Positions 48,650-61,052 of a stretch of 64,000 bases of DNA are shown here, piece by piece. Under the pieces are notes generated by a model. That model had not been told where the DNA came from. It saw nothing but the letters and a program-made list of their open reading frames with translations, and ran no database searches. The stretch's first letter is position 1. Each line of letters starts with the position of its first letter. Location of the stretch: positions 46,250 through 110,249 of the forward strand of contig CAYMVA010000013.1 of assembly GCA_964393745.1 (NCBI GenBank). The letters run 5' to 3'. Position numbers and translations under genes: made by a program. Origin of the DNA: an uncultured Enterobacteriaceae bacterium. GTDB lineage: Bacteria > Pseudomonadota > Gammaproteobacteria > Burkholderiales > SG8-39.

Positions 48650-49834
48650 TCAATGTTTGAACAGTAGGTCCTTGCCGATGATGGTCAGCTCGACGAACGA
48701 GCTGCCATTGTGGTTGGTCGGGGTGAAGCCCACCATATAGCCGCCAGTGTCGTAGTTCGACAGGTTGTCGAGCGCCTGCATGAACGATTCGCGCGTCAGC
48801 TTCGGCCCGGCGCGGCGGATCGCCTCGACGGTCACCTTGGCGGCGATGTAGGCCTCGAGCGAGGTGAACGAGTACTCCTTGCGCCCGAGCTGCTTCTCTA
48901 TCGCGAGGCGGTACTCGGCGACCACGGGCACCGACTGCTTGCTCGGCGGCGGCACCACTTGCGCGATCGCCACCCCGGCGCCCTCCTTGCCGAGCTCCTT
49001 GGCGAGCGGTGTCGAGCCGGGGAAGGAGTTGCTCACCATCTGCGCCGTCGAGCCCGACTTGCGCGCCAGCTTGATGAAATCCGAGCTCGCCTTGTATAGC
49101 GTGGTGAGGATCACCACTTCGGGATTGCCCTTGAGCACCGCCTTGACGCCGACGTCGATGTCGGGCTTGGCGCGGTCCTTGAATGCCGCCACCGCGACCG
49201 CCGCCAGGTTGCGCTTTTTCAGCGCCCGGTCCACGGCGGTGAAGTTCTCGTTTCCGACCACGTCGTCGTAGTGCACGATGGCAAAGCGCTTGATGCCGAA
49301 GAGCGAATAATGGTCGACGATCTTCTCCAGCTCGTCGGCGTAGCTGGCGCGCATGTTGTAGACGTAGCGGTTGAACACGCGCATCGGGTCGGCGCCGGTG
49401 AACGGCGCGAGGAACGGCACCTGGTACTTTTCCACGTGCGGCAACGCCGGCCGCGACAAGGTCGCGCTGGCGTAGCCGAACAGCGCGAACACGCGGCGCT
49501 CCTCGATCAGCCGCTGGGTGTTCTCGCCGGCGCGCTGCACCACGTTGCCGTCGTCCAGCGTCACCATCTCGATGCGCCGGCCGTTGACGCCGCCCGCCTC
49601 GTTGACTTTCTTGAAGTAGGCCAGCGCCCCGTTGCGGATGTCCTCGCCCAGGTCCTTGTTGGCGCCCGAGAGCGGCACCGACTGGCCGATGAGGATGCCT
49701 GTGGCGGTCACTCCCGGAACGACAGTCACGCCTGGCGCCTTGGCCTGCGCTCGCGCGGGTGGCGCGGCGAGCGCCAGGACAGTCAGCGCCATTACTGCCG
49801 TAATCGCTGCCCTGATCGCTCTATCGAGCGCCAT
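48650..49834 (-). CDS. ABC transporter periplasmic substrate-binding protein (LivK/branched-chain amino acid-binding family)
   Basis: Signal peptide (MALDRAIRAAITAVMALTVLALAAPPARA). Type-I PBP-like (GQSVPLSGAN..LG). Confidence 0.8.
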   Translation of the reverse strand: MALDRAIRAAITAVMALTVLALAAPPARAQAKAPGVTVVPGVTATGILIGQSVPLSGANKDLGEDIRNGALAYFKKVNEAGGVNGRRIEMVTLDDGNVVQRAGENTQRLIEERRVFALFGYASATLSRPALPHVEKYQVPFLAPFTGADPMRVFNRYVYNMRASYADELEKIVDHYSLFGIKRFAIVHYDDVVGNENFTAVDRALKKRNLAAVAVAAFKDRAKPDIDVGVKAVLKGNPEVVILTTLYKASSDFIKLARKSGSTAQMVSNSFPGSTPLAKELGKEGAGVAIAQVVPPPSKQSVPVVAEYRLAIEKQLGRKEYSFTSLEAYIAAKVTVEAIRRAGPKLTRESFMQALDNLSNYDTGGYMVGFTPTNHNGSSFVELTIIGKDLLFKH

Positions 49835-49921
49835 GCCTTCACCTGAGCGGGTTGTGGCGGACGCCCGGATTTTGGGTCCCGCCCCCCGAACGGTCAAGCG
49901 CGCAACTTGCGCAGGGCTTGC

Positions 49922-51043
49922 CTAGCCCTCGAAAAACTCGCGGACTTTGTCGAGCCAGCCCTTGGCGCGGGGGTTGTGGCGCGCCGCGTCCTTCTGGCTG
50001 AGGGTCTCGAATTCGTGCAGCAGCTCGCGCTGGCGGGCGGTCAGGTTGACCGGCGTTTCCACAACCACGTGGCAGAACAGGTCCCCCGGCGCGTGGCTGC
50101 GCACGCCCTTGATGCCCTTGCCGCGCAGGCGGAAGGTCTTGCCGCTCTGCGTCTCGGCCGGCACCTTGATACGCGCGCTGCCATCGAGAGTGGGGATCTC
50201 GATGTCGCCGCCGAGCGCCGCGGCCGAGAACGACACCGGCATCTCGCAGTGCAAGTCGTCGTGGTCGCGCTGGAACACGGCGTGCGGCTTGATATGCGCC
50301 TGCACGTACAGGTCTCCCGGCGGGCCGCCGTTGACGCCGGCCTCGCCTTCGCCGGTGAGCCGCACCCGGTCGCCCTCGTCGATGCCTGTGGGGATGCGCA
50401 CCGATAGCGTCTTCTGGTGCTTGACGCGGCCGGCGCCGCCGCACGCGGCACAGGGGTGCGCCACCATCTTGCCGCTGCCGTGGCAGCGCGGGCAGGTCTG
50501 CGCGATCGAGAACGGGCCCTGCGACACCCTGACCTGTCCCGCGCCGCGGCAGGTGGTGCAGGTTTGCGGCTGGGTGCCGGGCTTGGCGCCGCTGCCGTGG
50601 CAGGTGTCGCAGGCGGCTAGCGTCGGGATGCGGATCTTGGTCTCGAAGCCGTGCGCCGCCTGCTCGAGTGTGATTTCGAGGTTGTAGCGTAGGTCAGCGC
50701 CCCGAAACACGTTGGAGCGCCCGCCGCGCCCGCCGCCGAAGATCTCGCCGAAGATGTCGCCGAAGATGTCGCCGAAGCCGCCGCCCGCGCCGGCGCCCGC
50801 GCCCGCGGCCGCAGAGGGATCGACCCCGGCGTGGCCGAACTGGTCGTAGGCCTGGCGCTTCGGCGCCTCCGACAGGATCTCGTAGGCCTCTTTCGCCTCC
50901 TTGAACCGCTCCTCGGACTTGGGATTGTCCGGATTGCGGTCCGGATGCCACTTCATGGCGAGCTTGCGGTACGCCTTCTTGATGTCCTCGTCGGAGGCGT
51001 CCCGGTTGACTCCCAGCACCTCGTAGAAATCACGCTTCGCCAT
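49922..51043 (-). CDS. dnaJ: Chaperone DnaJ
   Basis: J-domain HPD, a G/F region and four CxxCxGxG zinc-finger repeats. Confidence 0.96.
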   Translation of the reverse strand: MAKRDFYEVLGVNRDASDEDIKKAYRKLAMKWHPDRNPDNPKSEERFKEAKEAYEILSEAPKRQAYDQFGHAGVDPSAAAGAGAGAGGGFGDIFGDIFGEIFGGGRGGRSNVFRGADLRYNLEITLEQAAHGFETKIRIPTLAACDTCHGSGAKPGTQPQTCTTCRGAGQVRVSQGPFSIAQTCPRCHGSGKMVAHPCAACGGAGRVKHQKTLSVRIPTGIDEGDRVRLTGEGEAGVNGGPPGDLYVQAHIKPHAVFQRDHDDLHCEMPVSFSAAALGGDIEIPTLDGSARIKVPAETQSGKTFRLRGKGIKGVRSHAPGDLFCHVVVETPVNLTARQRELLHEFETLSQKDAARHNPRAKGWLDKVREFFEG

Positions 51044-51051
51044 GTCGCTCC

Positions 51052-51109
51052 TAACGCAAAACGGCCGGATTGAGCGGCGGCGGTTCTAGCCGTCCGCTCC
51101 AATCCGGCC
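51052..51109 (-). terminator. Hairpin/partial terminator in the dnaK-dnaJ spacer
   Basis: Minus strand: GGCCGGATTGGAGCGG...CCGCTCAATCCGGCC (15 bp, one bulge) followed by GTTTTGCGTT. Confidence 0.55.
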
Positions 51110-51128
51110 AGACGGAACCGGCGCGCCC

Positions 51129-53075
<1,947 letters not shown>

Positions 53076-53109
53076 GTCGTTTCCCGTAAGAGTGCTAAGC
53101 CACTGTACT

Positions 53110-53137
53110 AAGTGGGGTTTCGGCGCCGGATTTCAAG
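53110..53137 (-). promoter_or_regulatory. Sigma32 (RpoH)-type heat-shock promoter for dnaK
   Basis: Minus strand: CTTGAA-14 nt-CCCCACTT (consensus CTTGAA-13/17-CCCCATNT). The -35 overlaps the grpE stop codon. Confidence 0.6.
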
Positions 53138-53675
53138 GCTGCGCCGCTTCGTCCGAGGCGCGCGCCTTGGCCACCGTGACCAGCGCCGGCCGGATCACGC
53201 GCTCGTGCAGGCTGTAGCCCTTCTGGATCACGGCGACGATGGAATTGGGCTCGGCGTCCGCCTCGACCGCGGCGATCGCCTGGTGCCGGTGCGGGTCGAA
53301 GCGCTCGCCCGCGGCCGGGCTGATCTCCGCCACGCGCGCCCGCTCCAAGGAGCCGCGCAGCTGCTTGAGCGTCAGCTCCACGCCGCTTTTCAGCGCCGCG
53401 GCGTCGGCGGACTCGGCTCCGAGCGCCGCTTCCAGGCTGTCTAATACCGGAAGCAGGCTCTCCGCGAGGCGCTCGATGCCGTACTTATGAGCGGCAGCGA
53501 TTTCCGTCTGGGCTCGCTTGCGCGCGTTTTCCGCTTCGGCGAGCGCGCGCAACCAGGTTTCCCGCTGCTCCTCGATCTTCGCCTGCGCCTCGGCGAGCAG
53601 CTGATCGAGGGACTTCTCCTCTACAGGAGCGGGCTCGGTGGGCAGGGACTCGGCCTGCGGGGGTGTTTGCGTCAT
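53133..53675 (-). CDS. grpE: Nucleotide exchange factor GrpE
   Basis: 180 aa, with ...RKRAQ.E...A.KYG......LLPV.DSLE.A and a C-terminal beta domain. Lies upstream of dnaK. Confidence 0.93.
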   Translation of the reverse strand: MTQTPPQAESLPTEPAPVEEKSLDQLLAEAQAKIEEQRETWLRALAEAENARKRAQTEIAAAHKYGIERLAESLLPVLDSLEAALGAESADAAALKSGVELTLKQLRGSLERARVAEISPAAGERFDPHRHQAIAAVEADAEPNSIVAVIQKGYSLHERVIRPALVTVAKARASDEAAQP

Positions 53676-53709
53676 GTTGTTTTGGGCGGCTCGGTTTAAA
53701 GCCCAAAAG

Positions 53710-53737
53710 ACATGGGGGCGGTAAGTGCTGCTTCAAG
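53710..53737 (-). promoter_or_regulatory. Sigma32 (RpoH)-type heat-shock promoter for grpE
   Basis: Minus strand: CTTGAA-14 nt-CCCCATGT, about 35 nt upstream of the grpE ATG. Confidence 0.7.
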
Positions 53738-53838
53738 AGTTCGTTCGAAATCCCTCGAGTCCTGGACGGTGTGCAGATAACTCATTGTTTCTCAGAGGTA
53801 AATGGCGACGCGCGCCGGCGCCGTGCTACCTTCAAGGC

Positions 53839-54573
53839 ATGCCCGAAACCATGCTTCAGGCCGCCCGCGCTGAACTCGGGCCCAAAGGGCGGCTGCGCGC
53901 CGCGCTCAACCTCGCCAATTTCCTGCTCGTGACCAAGACGCCTGCGGGCCCGCGCGGCATCGTGGTCGATCTCGCCGAGGAGCTCGCCAAGCGCGCGCAG
54001 CTGCCGGTCGAGTTCATCGGCTACGACAGGCCGGGCGACGTCGCGGACGCAGCGAGCAAGGACGCCTGGGACGTCGCTTTCATCGGCGCCGAGCCGGCGC
54101 GGGCGAACGAGATCGCGTTCAGCGCCGCCTACCTGGAAATAGAGGTTACCTACCTGGTGCCCGCGGGCTCCAAATTGCGCTCGCTCGCGGACGTGGACCG
54201 CCCCGGGGTGCGCATCGCTGTCTCGGCGCGCAGCGCCTACGACCTGTACCTGTCACGCACGCTCAAGCACGCCGAGCTGGTGCGCGCCGAGGGCATCGAC
54301 GCCTCCTGCGAGCTGTTCGTGTCCCGCAAGCTCGAGGCGCTTGCCGGCTTGCGGCCGCGGCTGTTGCAGGACGTCGTCAAGCTCACCGGTGCGCGAATTC
54401 TCGATGGGCGCGTGACCGCGGTCCAGCAGGCCATCGGAACGCCGAAACGGAACGCAGCGGCTGCGGCCTACCTGCGTGGATTCGCCGAGGAGATCAAGGC
54501 CTCAGGGCTGGTCGCCGAGCTGATCGCGCGCCACGGCGTGCGCGGCGTCAACGTGGCGCCGCCGACGGGATAG
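53839..54573 (+). CDS. Type-2 periplasmic-binding-fold (solute-binding family 3-like) protein with no evident signal peptide
   Basis: LRAALNLANFLLV...DVAFIGAEPARA..I.FS.AY..IE. is typical of PBPb-type domains. The 3' end overlaps hemH by 26 nt (convergent). Confidence 0.6.
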   Translation: MPETMLQAARAELGPKGRLRAALNLANFLLVTKTPAGPRGIVVDLAEELAKRAQLPVEFIGYDRPGDVADAASKDAWDVAFIGAEPARANEIAFSAAYLEIEVTYLVPAGSKLRSLADVDRPGVRIAVSARSAYDLYLSRTLKHAELVRAEGIDASCELFVSRKLEALAGLRPRLLQDVVKLTGARILDGRVTAVQQAIGTPKRNAAAAAYLRGFAEEIKASGLVAELIARHGVRGVNVAPPTG

Positions 54574-55498
54574 AGGCTTCGCCGCGCGCGGCGCCGCCGA
54601 TCTGCGCCAGCGCGTCGATCCACGCCGGAGTCTCGTTCAGGCAGGGCAGGGCGCGGAACTCGCCGCCGCCCGCGTCGCGAAAGATCTGCGCGCCCTCGAT
54701 CGCAATCTCCTCCAGCGTTTCCAGGCAATCGGCGACGAAGCCCGGGCAGAAGACGTCCACGCGCCGGGCGCGTGCCGCCCCTAGCTGGACCAGGATGTCG
54801 GAGGTGTACGGCTCGATCCACTGCGCCGGCCCGAAGCGCGACTGGAAGCCGACCCGGTAGCGCTCCTTGTCGAGCCCGAGCGCGCTCGCCAGCAGGTGCG
54901 CGGTTGCCATGCAGTGCTTGAAGTAGGGATCGCCGCGCTCGATCGTCCGGCGTGGCAGGCCGTGAAAGCTCAGCACCAGCACCTCCGGCTCGCCGTTTGC
55001 GTCCCAGTATTCGCGCACCAGCCGACGCAACGCGCCGATGTACGCCGGATGGTCGTGGAAATTCTCGATCATGCGCGTGTTCGCCGGCAGGCGGTCGCGC
55101 ACGCTCTCGGTGGTGCTCGCGGCGTATTGAGGGTAGAGCGGAAGCACGGTGACCGGGTCGCAGCCTGAGAGCCGGTCGAGGGCGGCGGCGATCGACGGCT
55201 CGCCATAGCGCATCGCGTGCTCGATGCGCCAGCTTGGAAGCCGGGCCCGCAGCAGTTCCGCCTGCCGCGCGCTGTGTACGGCTAGCGGGGATCCCTCCGG
55301 CGTCCAGATCGCGGCGTACTTCGCGGCCGATTTTGAAGGTCGCACGTTCAGGATCACGCCGTAGAGGAGCGGCAGCCAGAGGATGCGCGGCAGCTCGACC
55401 ACGCGCCTGTCGGACAGGAACTCGGCGAGGTAGCGCCGCACCGCGGCCGGGGTGGGGGCCGCAGGGGTGCCGAGATTGACGAGCAGCAGGCCGTTCAG
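54548..55498 (-). CDS. hemH: Ferrochelatase (start codon unresolved; CTG at 55498 proposed)
   Basis: [32 protein letters not shown]...FSFHGLP. The conserved N-terminus lies upstream of the first ATG/GTG/TTG (55441). Confidence 0.8.
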   Translation of the reverse strand: MNGLLLVNLGTPAAPTPAAVRRYLAEFLSDRRVVELPRILWLPLLYGVILNVRPSKSAAKYAAIWTPEGSPLAVHSARQAELLRARLPSWRIEHAMRYGEPSIAAALDRLSGCDPVTVLPLYPQYAASTTESVRDRLPANTRMIENFHDHPAYIGALRRLVREYWDANGEPEVLVLSFHGLPRRTIERGDPYFKHCMATAHLLASALGLDKERYRVGFQSRFGPAQWIEPYTSDILVQLGAARARRVDVFCPGFVADCLETLEEIAIEGAQIFRDAGGGEFRALPCLNETPAWIDALAQIGGAARGEASIPSAAPR

Positions 55499-56514
55499 GG
55501 CTGCGACAGCGCGCTGGAAAGCAGCTTGGCGGTGACGTCCACGATCGGCACCACCCGGTCGTAGGCCATGCGCGTCGGCCCGATCACGCCGACCGTGCCG
55601 ACCACCTCGCCGTCCACCTTGTAGGGCGAAATAACGACGCTCACCTCGTCGGGTGCGCCCACGCCCGACTCGCCGCCGATGAAGATCTGCACGCCCTCGC
55701 CGTGCAGCGACAGGTCGAGGATATGCAACAGCGAGGTCTTGTGCTCGAACAGATCGAACAATTGCCTCAGGCGCGGCATGTTCTGCGACAGGTCGTGCAC
55801 ACCGAGCAGGTTGCGCTCGCCGGAAATCACGTACTGGTTCCTGCCCTCGGCGACCGCCTCGCTGCCCGCTTCCACCGCGGCGCTCATCAGGCCGATGATG
55901 TCCTGCCGGATCTCGTGCAGCTCCTCGCGCAGGTGCGTGCGCACGCCCTCGAAGCTCTGCCCGGTGTAGTTCTGGTTGAGGTAGTTCGCCGCCGCCACCA
56001 GCTCCGAGGGCGTGTAGTCGCGCTCGGTGACCAGGATGCGGTTCTGCACCTCGCCCTCGGGCGTCACCACGATCAGCAGCATGCGCTTTTCCGAGAGCCG
56101 CAGGAACTCGATCTGGCGGAAGGTGAGGGCGCGGCGCCGCGGCGCCATGACGACGCCGGCGAAATGCGTCAGCTGCGACAGCAGCTGCGAGGCGGCCTGG
56201 ATCACGCGCTGCGGGTTGTCCGGGTGCAGCTGGTCTTCGATCTGAAGCAGCTCGCCGGACTCGATCTGCTTCACCACCAGCAGCGTATCGACGAAGAAGC
56301 GGTAGCCGAGCGGCGTCGGCACGCGGCCCGCGGAGGTGTGCGGGCTGGAGATCAGGCCGAGCTCCTCGAGATCGGCCATCACGTTGCGGATCGTCGCCGG
56401 CGACAGGTCCAGGCCGGCGAAGCGCGACAGCGTGCGCGAGCCGACCGGCTGTCCCTCGACGATGTAGCGCTCGATGAGCGTCTTCAGCAGCAGCTGCGCG
56501 CGCTTGTCCAGCAT
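55495..56514 (-). CDS. hrcA: Heat-inducible transcription repressor HrcA
   Basis: [29 protein letters not shown]...[28 protein letters not shown]. Confidence 0.93.
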   Translation of the reverse strand: MLDKRAQLLLKTLIERYIVEGQPVGSRTLSRFAGLDLSPATIRNVMADLEELGLISSPHTSAGRVPTPLGYRFFVDTLLVVKQIESGELLQIEDQLHPDNPQRVIQAASQLLSQLTHFAGVVMAPRRRALTFRQIEFLRLSEKRMLLIVVTPEGEVQNRILVTERDYTPSELVAAANYLNQNYTGQSFEGVRTHLREELHEIRQDIIGLMSAAVEAGSEAVAEGRNQYVISGERNLLGVHDLSQNMPRLRQLFDLFEHKTSLLHILDLSLHGEGVQIFIGGESGVGAPDEVSVVISPYKVDGEVVGTVGVIGPTRMAYDRVVPIVDVTAKLLSSALSQP

Positions 56515-56550
56515 GCGCCGGATTTTACGGCATCCCGCTACAATGCGGCG

Positions 56551-57432
56551 ATGCTGCCCGCGTTCCGCCGCGTCGCCGTGATCGGCAAGCACACCCCCGA
56601 GATTTCGCAGTCGGTGCGCGATCTGCGCGAGCTGCTGCGCGCGCGCGGCTGCGAGGTGATGGTGGAGCGCGACACCGCGGCCAGCGTCGGCGACGCCGGC
56701 GGCCTGAGCTTTGACGAGATCGGGGCCAGGGCCGACCTCGCCATCGTGGTCGGGGGCGATGGCACGATGCTCGCGGCGGCGCGCAACCTGGTGCGCCACG
56801 GCGTGCCGCTCACCGGCGTCAACCAGGGGCGGGTGGGATTCATGACCGACATCGCGCTCGAGGCGATGCACGATTCGGTCGGCGCGATCCTCGAGGGGCG
56901 GCACACGGTCGAGGAGCGCGCGCTGCTGGATGCCGAGATCCGGCGCGACGGCGCGGTGCTGCTGCGCACCCTGGCGCTCAACGATGCCGTGGTCGGCAAG
57001 GGGGCCCAGGGTCGGCTGATCGAATTCGAGGTCTACGTCAACGGCGAGTATCTCTACACGCAGCGCTCCGACGGCGTGATCGTCGCCACGCCCACCGGCT
57101 CCACCGCCTACGCTCTGTCGGCGCAGGGGCCGATTTTGCAGCCCACGGTGCCGGCGTTCGCGCTGGTGCCGCTCAACCCGCACACGCTGTCGGCGCGCCC
57201 GGTGAGCGTGAGCGACTCGAGCGTCATCGAGATCGTGCTCTTGCGGGCGTTGGACGCCCGGGCTCACTTTGATGGTTTCGCCCTCGCCGACATGGCGCAG
57301 GGCGACCGGCTGGTGCTGCGGCGCTCGAAAGATCCGATCCGCTTCGTGCATCCGCCCGGCTACAGCTATTTCGTGATGCTGCGCGAGAAGCTGCGCTGGA
57401 GCGAGGCGGTCGAACGGCGCAAGCCGCGCTGA
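56551..57432 (+). CDS. nadK: NAD kinase
   Basis: VVGGDGTML...GVN.GRVGF...NDAV...STAY.LSA.GPI motifs. Confidence 0.92.
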   Translation: MLPAFRRVAVIGKHTPEISQSVRDLRELLRARGCEVMVERDTAASVGDAGGLSFDEIGARADLAIVVGGDGTMLAAARNLVRHGVPLTGVNQGRVGFMTDIALEAMHDSVGAILEGRHTVEERALLDAEIRRDGAVLLRTLALNDAVVGKGAQGRLIEFEVYVNGEYLYTQRSDGVIVATPTGSTAYALSAQGPILQPTVPAFALVPLNPHTLSARPVSVSDSSVIEIVLLRALDARAHFDGFALADMAQGDRLVLRRSKDPIRFVHPPGYSYFVMLREKLRWSEAVERRKPR

Positions 57433-59087
57433 TGCTGCGCGCGCTGGCGATCCGCGACTTCGTCATTGTCGAGCGGGTCGAGCTCGAGACCGCGCGCGGC
57501 TTCGCCGTGCTCACCGGCGAGACCGGCGCCGGCAAATCCATCCTGGTGGACGCGATCGAGCTGCTGGTGGGCGGCCGCGCCGACGCCGCGGTAGTGCGCG
57601 AAGGGTCGGAACGGGCCGAGCTCTCGGCCGAGTTCGACGCAGCGCCCGCGGACGCGCTTGCCGCGTGGCTCGGGGAGCGCGAGCTGGAGGGCGATCCGGG
57701 CACGTTGATCCTCAGGCGCACGATCGACCGCGGCGGCCGTTCGCGCTGCTTCATCAACGGCCACACGGCGACGCTGGCGCAGTTGAAGGAGGTCGGCGAG
57801 TTCCTGGTGGACATCCACGGCCAGCACGAGCACCAGTCGCTGCTGCGCCCGGCGGCGCAGCGCGAGCTGCTCGATGCGCACGGCGGCTGTGCGCCGCTGG
57901 CGCGCGAGTGCGCCGAGGCCTGGCGCACCTGGCGGCGGCTCGAGGCGCTCATGGCGGAGGTGCAGGAGCAGTTCGCGAAGCGCGAGAGCGAGCGCGCCGA
58001 GATCGAGGAAAAGCTGGACGACCTGGGTAAGCTCGCGCCGCGTGAAGGCGAGTGGGAGGCGCTGGCCGCCGAGCACAAACGCCTCGCCCACGGCTCGAGC
58101 CTGCTCGCCGGGGCGCAGTCGGCCTTGGAGGCGCTGTCCGAGTCCGAGGGCGCCTGCCTGCCGCAGCTCGGCGCTGTGCTTGGCCGCATGCGCGCCCTCT
58201 CGGAGCACGACGAGCGCCTGAAGCCGGTGGTAGAGATGCTGGTTTCCGCGGAGGCGGAAACCAGCGAGGCACTGCGCGAGCTGCGGCACTACGCCTCGCG
58301 GGTCGAGCTTGATCCCGAAGCGCTGCGCGAAGCCGAGGCGCGCATCGAGGCGCTGCACACGGCGGCGCGCCGCCACCGCACCAAGCCCGGCGAGTTGGCG
58401 CGGCTCGCGCAGGAACTGAAGGCGCGGCTCGCGGAGCTCGAGCTCGCTGCGAGCCCCGAGGCGCTCGAGCGCGAGGTGGCAGCGGCGAAGCAGAAATACG
58501 GGGCGGCGGCAACGAAGCTGTCAGGCAAGCGGAAAAGCGCGGCGCAAGCGTTCGGACGCGCGGTCAGCGAAGCGATGCAGGGACTGGCGATGCAGGGCGG
58601 GCGATTCTCGGTTGCGCTGCGGCCGCTCGATGAGCCCGCTGCGAGCGGCCTCGAGGAGGTGGCATTCGAAGTCGCCTCGCACCCGAGCCTGCCGCTGCGG
58701 CCGCTGGCGAAAGTCGCCTCGGGCGGCGAGCTCTCGCGCGTGAGCCTCGCGATCCAGCTGGTCGCGGCGCGCGAATCGCCGGTCGGGACGCTGGTGTTCG
58801 ACGAGGTCGACGCGGGCATCGGCGGCAAGGTCGCGGACACTGTCGGCAAGGCCCTCAAGCGCCTCGGCCGCGAGCGGCAAGTGCTGTGCGTGACGCACCT
58901 GCCGCAGGTCGCGGCTCAGGCCGACGAGCAGTGGTCGGTCACCAAGACCGGCGCGCGCGGCAAGGTCGCATGCAGCGTGGCGCGCCTCGACCGCCAGGCG
59001 CGCGTGGAAGAACTCGCCCGCATGCTCGGCGGAGCTGAAATCACCGCGACCACGCGCAAGCACGCCGCCGAATTACTCGGCAAATAG
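57432..59087 (+). CDS. recN: DNA repair protein RecN
   Basis: Walker A GETGAGKS, long coiled coils, and the SGGELSR signature with a FDEVD Walker B. Confidence 0.95.
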   Translation: MLRALAIRDFVIVERVELETARGFAVLTGETGAGKSILVDAIELLVGGRADAAVVREGSERAELSAEFDAAPADALAAWLGERELEGDPGTLILRRTIDRGGRSRCFINGHTATLAQLKEVGEFLVDIHGQHEHQSLLRPAAQRELLDAHGGCAPLARECAEAWRTWRRLEALMAEVQEQFAKRESERAEIEEKLDDLGKLAPREGEWEALAAEHKRLAHGSSLLAGAQSALEALSESEGACLPQLGAVLGRMRALSEHDERLKPVVEMLVSAEAETSEALRELRHYASRVELDPEALREAEARIEALHTAARRHRTKPGELARLAQELKARLAELELAASPEALEREVAAAKQKYGAAATKLSGKRKSAAQAFGRAVSEAMQGLAMQGGRFSVALRPLDEPAASGLEEVAFEVASHPSLPLRPLAKVASGGELSRVSLAIQLVAARESPVGTLVFDEVDAGIGGKVADTVGKALKRLGRERQVLCVTHLPQVAAQADEQWSVTKTGARGKVACSVARLDRQARVEELARMLGGAEITATTRKHAAELLGK

Positions 59088-59108
59088 AATCGGGGACAGA
59101 CCCCGATT
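59088..59108. repeat. REP-type palindrome (left flank of RAYT)
   Basis: AATCGGGG-ACAGA-CCCCGATT, immediately after the recN stop. Confidence 0.8.
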
Positions 59109-59128
59109 TCTTCGTCTAAGGCGCTGAA

Positions 59129-59860
59129 TCAGGACGGAAATTCACCTGACCTGTCCCTCGCGCCCTTTCTAGGCCCGGTCGAGAGAGGGCGGCCAACTCG
59201 CCCCGGCATGACCGGGCGCGCCGCGGCTCTCGCGAGCAAGCCCTTGAACGCGTCACTACCGAGTGCGTTGCTGCCGTTAGTTGCGGCGCGAATTTCGCTA
59301 AGCAGCTCCGCGCTGAGCGCATCGTCGAACATGCCTCGATACGCCCTCCGGCGCGCGGCCTCGTCGTGCGCGAGGGCGAGAAACTCCTGATGCGGCGTGA
59401 GGATGGGATCCGATCTGCCTTCAGCGTTTGCCCGGTAGCTCGACCATTGATACTTGCCTGGATCGTCAACGATCGCGGCGCGAACGGGGTTCAATTCTAT
59501 ATAGCGGTAACACGCGAGGACGTAGCGCTCCGACTGCGCGAGGCAGGATCGGAAGCGCCCCTCCCACAGGCAGCCGGTTCGCCCGTAAGTGCGATTGACG
59601 TACTGCACGTAGCGCTGGCCCAGATTCTTCATCAGCAGCCCGCACGAATCAGGCCGCAGCGGCGTGACAAGAAGGTGAACGTGATTGCCCATCAGGCAAT
59701 AGGCGTGCACGTCGCATCCGTGGTGCCGACTGAGGTCGCCGAGCTGCGCGAGGTAGATCAGCCGATCGGCGTCCGAGAAGAAGCACGCGCCGCGGTTGTT
59801 GCCGCGCTGGACGATATGCGTGGCGACCTCAGGGATGATCGTGCGCGCGTGACGCGGCAT
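59129..59860 (-). mobile_element. REP-associated tyrosine transposase (RAYT; IS200/IS605-like Y1 transposase family)
   Basis: HIVQRGNNR..CFF...YCLMGNHVHLLV (HUH)...YRYIELNPVRA (catalytic Tyr region). Flanked by inverted GGGGACAGACCCC hairpins. Confidence 0.85.
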
Positions 59861-59908
59861 GTCCTGAGAACGATGACACCGTGCCCTCCGTTGACACTGC
59901 CGAAATGG

Positions 59909-59980
59909 ATTGGGGACAGACCTCGGAGAAACTATCGCCCCGTCAATGAGTTGCGACTTGAAATCGGGGTCTGTCCCCGG
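59909..59980. repeat. Pair of REP-type sequences (right flank of RAYT), in mutually inverted orientation
   Basis: ATTGGGGACAGACCTCGG (59909-59926) and AATCGGGGTCTGTCCCCGG (59962-59980, the reverse complement of the left-flank REP). Confidence 0.8.
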
Positions 59981-59988
59981 TCTACGGT

Positions 59989-60411
59989 CTAGCGGTAGGG
60001 GCAGTTGGCCTTGGCGCAGTCGGCGTACAGCGCGAGCGAATGGCCGCGCAGCTCGAAGCCGCGGCTCTTGGCGATCTCGCCCTGGCGCTTCTCGATCTCG
60101 TCGTCGAAAAACTCCTCGACGCGGCCGCACTGCAGGCACACGAGGTGATCGTGGTGCCCGCCCTGGTTGAGCTCGAACACCGCTTTGCCCGCCTCGAAAT
60201 GCTGGCGCGAAAGCAGCCCCGCCTGCTCGAACTGCGTCAGCACGCGGTACACGGTGGCGAGCCCGACATCGAGCCCTTCGCCGAGCAGCGCCTTGTAGAC
60301 GTCCTCGGCGGACAGGTGCCGCACCTTGCTCGCCTCGAACAACTCCAGGATCTTGCGCCGCGGCAGCGTTGCTTTGAGGCCGATGTGCTTGAGGCTCTGC
60401 GCGGAGGTCAT
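59989..60411 (-). CDS. fur: Ferric uptake regulator
   Basis: ...ATVYRVL.QFE.AGL...HHDHL.C..CG.V.EF... 140 aa. Confidence 0.94.
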   Translation of the reverse strand: MTSAQSLKHIGLKATLPRRKILELFEASKVRHLSAEDVYKALLGEGLDVGLATVYRVLTQFEQAGLLSRQHFEAGKAVFELNQGGHHDHLVCLQCGRVEEFFDDEIEKRQGEIAKSRGFELRGHSLALYADCAKANCPYR

Positions 60412-60480
60412 GGCGTGGCGATGCGAGGGAGGGGTTCGGCTATCATATTAGCTTTGTTGCACTCTGAAAATCGCGTTTCG

Positions 60481-61041
60481 ATGTCCGCCGCGCTCCGCGC
60501 GCTCCTCGCCGCTGCGACGCTGGCGCTCGGCGCCTGCGGCGTGCCGCAGATCGTCACGCCCTACCGGATGGAAATCCAGCAGGGCAACTATCTTTCACAG
60601 GAAATGGTGGCGCAGCTCAAGCCCGGGATGTCCCGGGAGCAGGTACGCTTCATCCTCGGCACGCCGCTCGTGACCGACATCTTCCACGCCGACCGCTGGG
60701 ATTACGTGTTTTATCGCGAGCTTCCCTACGGCAAGCGCGAGCAGCGCGTGCTGTCGGTGCATTTCGAGGGCGGAAAGCTGGCGCGTGTGGCGGGCGACGT
60801 GGTACCGGCAGCCTCGGGCCCGGCTACCCCTGCCGCGCCGCCACCGCGCGCGGCGCCTGCAGTGACACCTGCACCCCCGGCACCTCAAAAACCAGCCGCC
60901 GAAGCCGCAGCTGGAACGGCGGCGGCGACGGCAGCCGATAAACCCGAAGCGCCAAGCACAGAAAGCAAGGCAGACAAGCCCGCCGCGCAAGCGAGCGAGC
61001 GCGGATTCTTCGGCCGCATGCTCGAGAAAATCGGATTCTGA
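60481..61041 (+). CDS. bamE: Outer membrane protein assembly factor BamE (SmpA/OmlA) with a long Ala/Pro-rich tail
   Basis: Lipobox [39 protein letters not shown]...RWDYVY. Confidence 0.88.
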   Translation: MSAALRALLAAATLALGACGVPQIVTPYRMEIQQGNYLSQEMVAQLKPGMSREQVRFILGTPLVTDIFHADRWDYVFYRELPYGKREQRVLSVHFEGGKLARVAGDVVPAASGPATPAAPPPRAAPAVTPAPPAPQKPAAEAAAGTAAATAADKPEAPSTESKADKPAAQASERGFFGRMLEKIGF

Positions 61042-61052
61042 ATGGAGCGCAC

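Noticed and set aside
53085-53112. A CIRCE-like half-site (TTAGCACTC on the minus strand) upstream of dnaK, suggesting HrcA control.
   Set aside because: Only one half of the TTAGCACTC-N9-GAGTGCTAA inverted repeat is present. The partner arm is missing (the neighbouring palindrome is CCACT-TAGTAC-AGTGG). A good sigma32 promoter explains the region.
60412-60480. A possible Fur box in the fur-bamE spacer (..GCTATCATATTAGCTTTG..).
   Set aside because: It matches the GATAATGATAATCATTATC consensus at too few positions to call without a scoring matrix.
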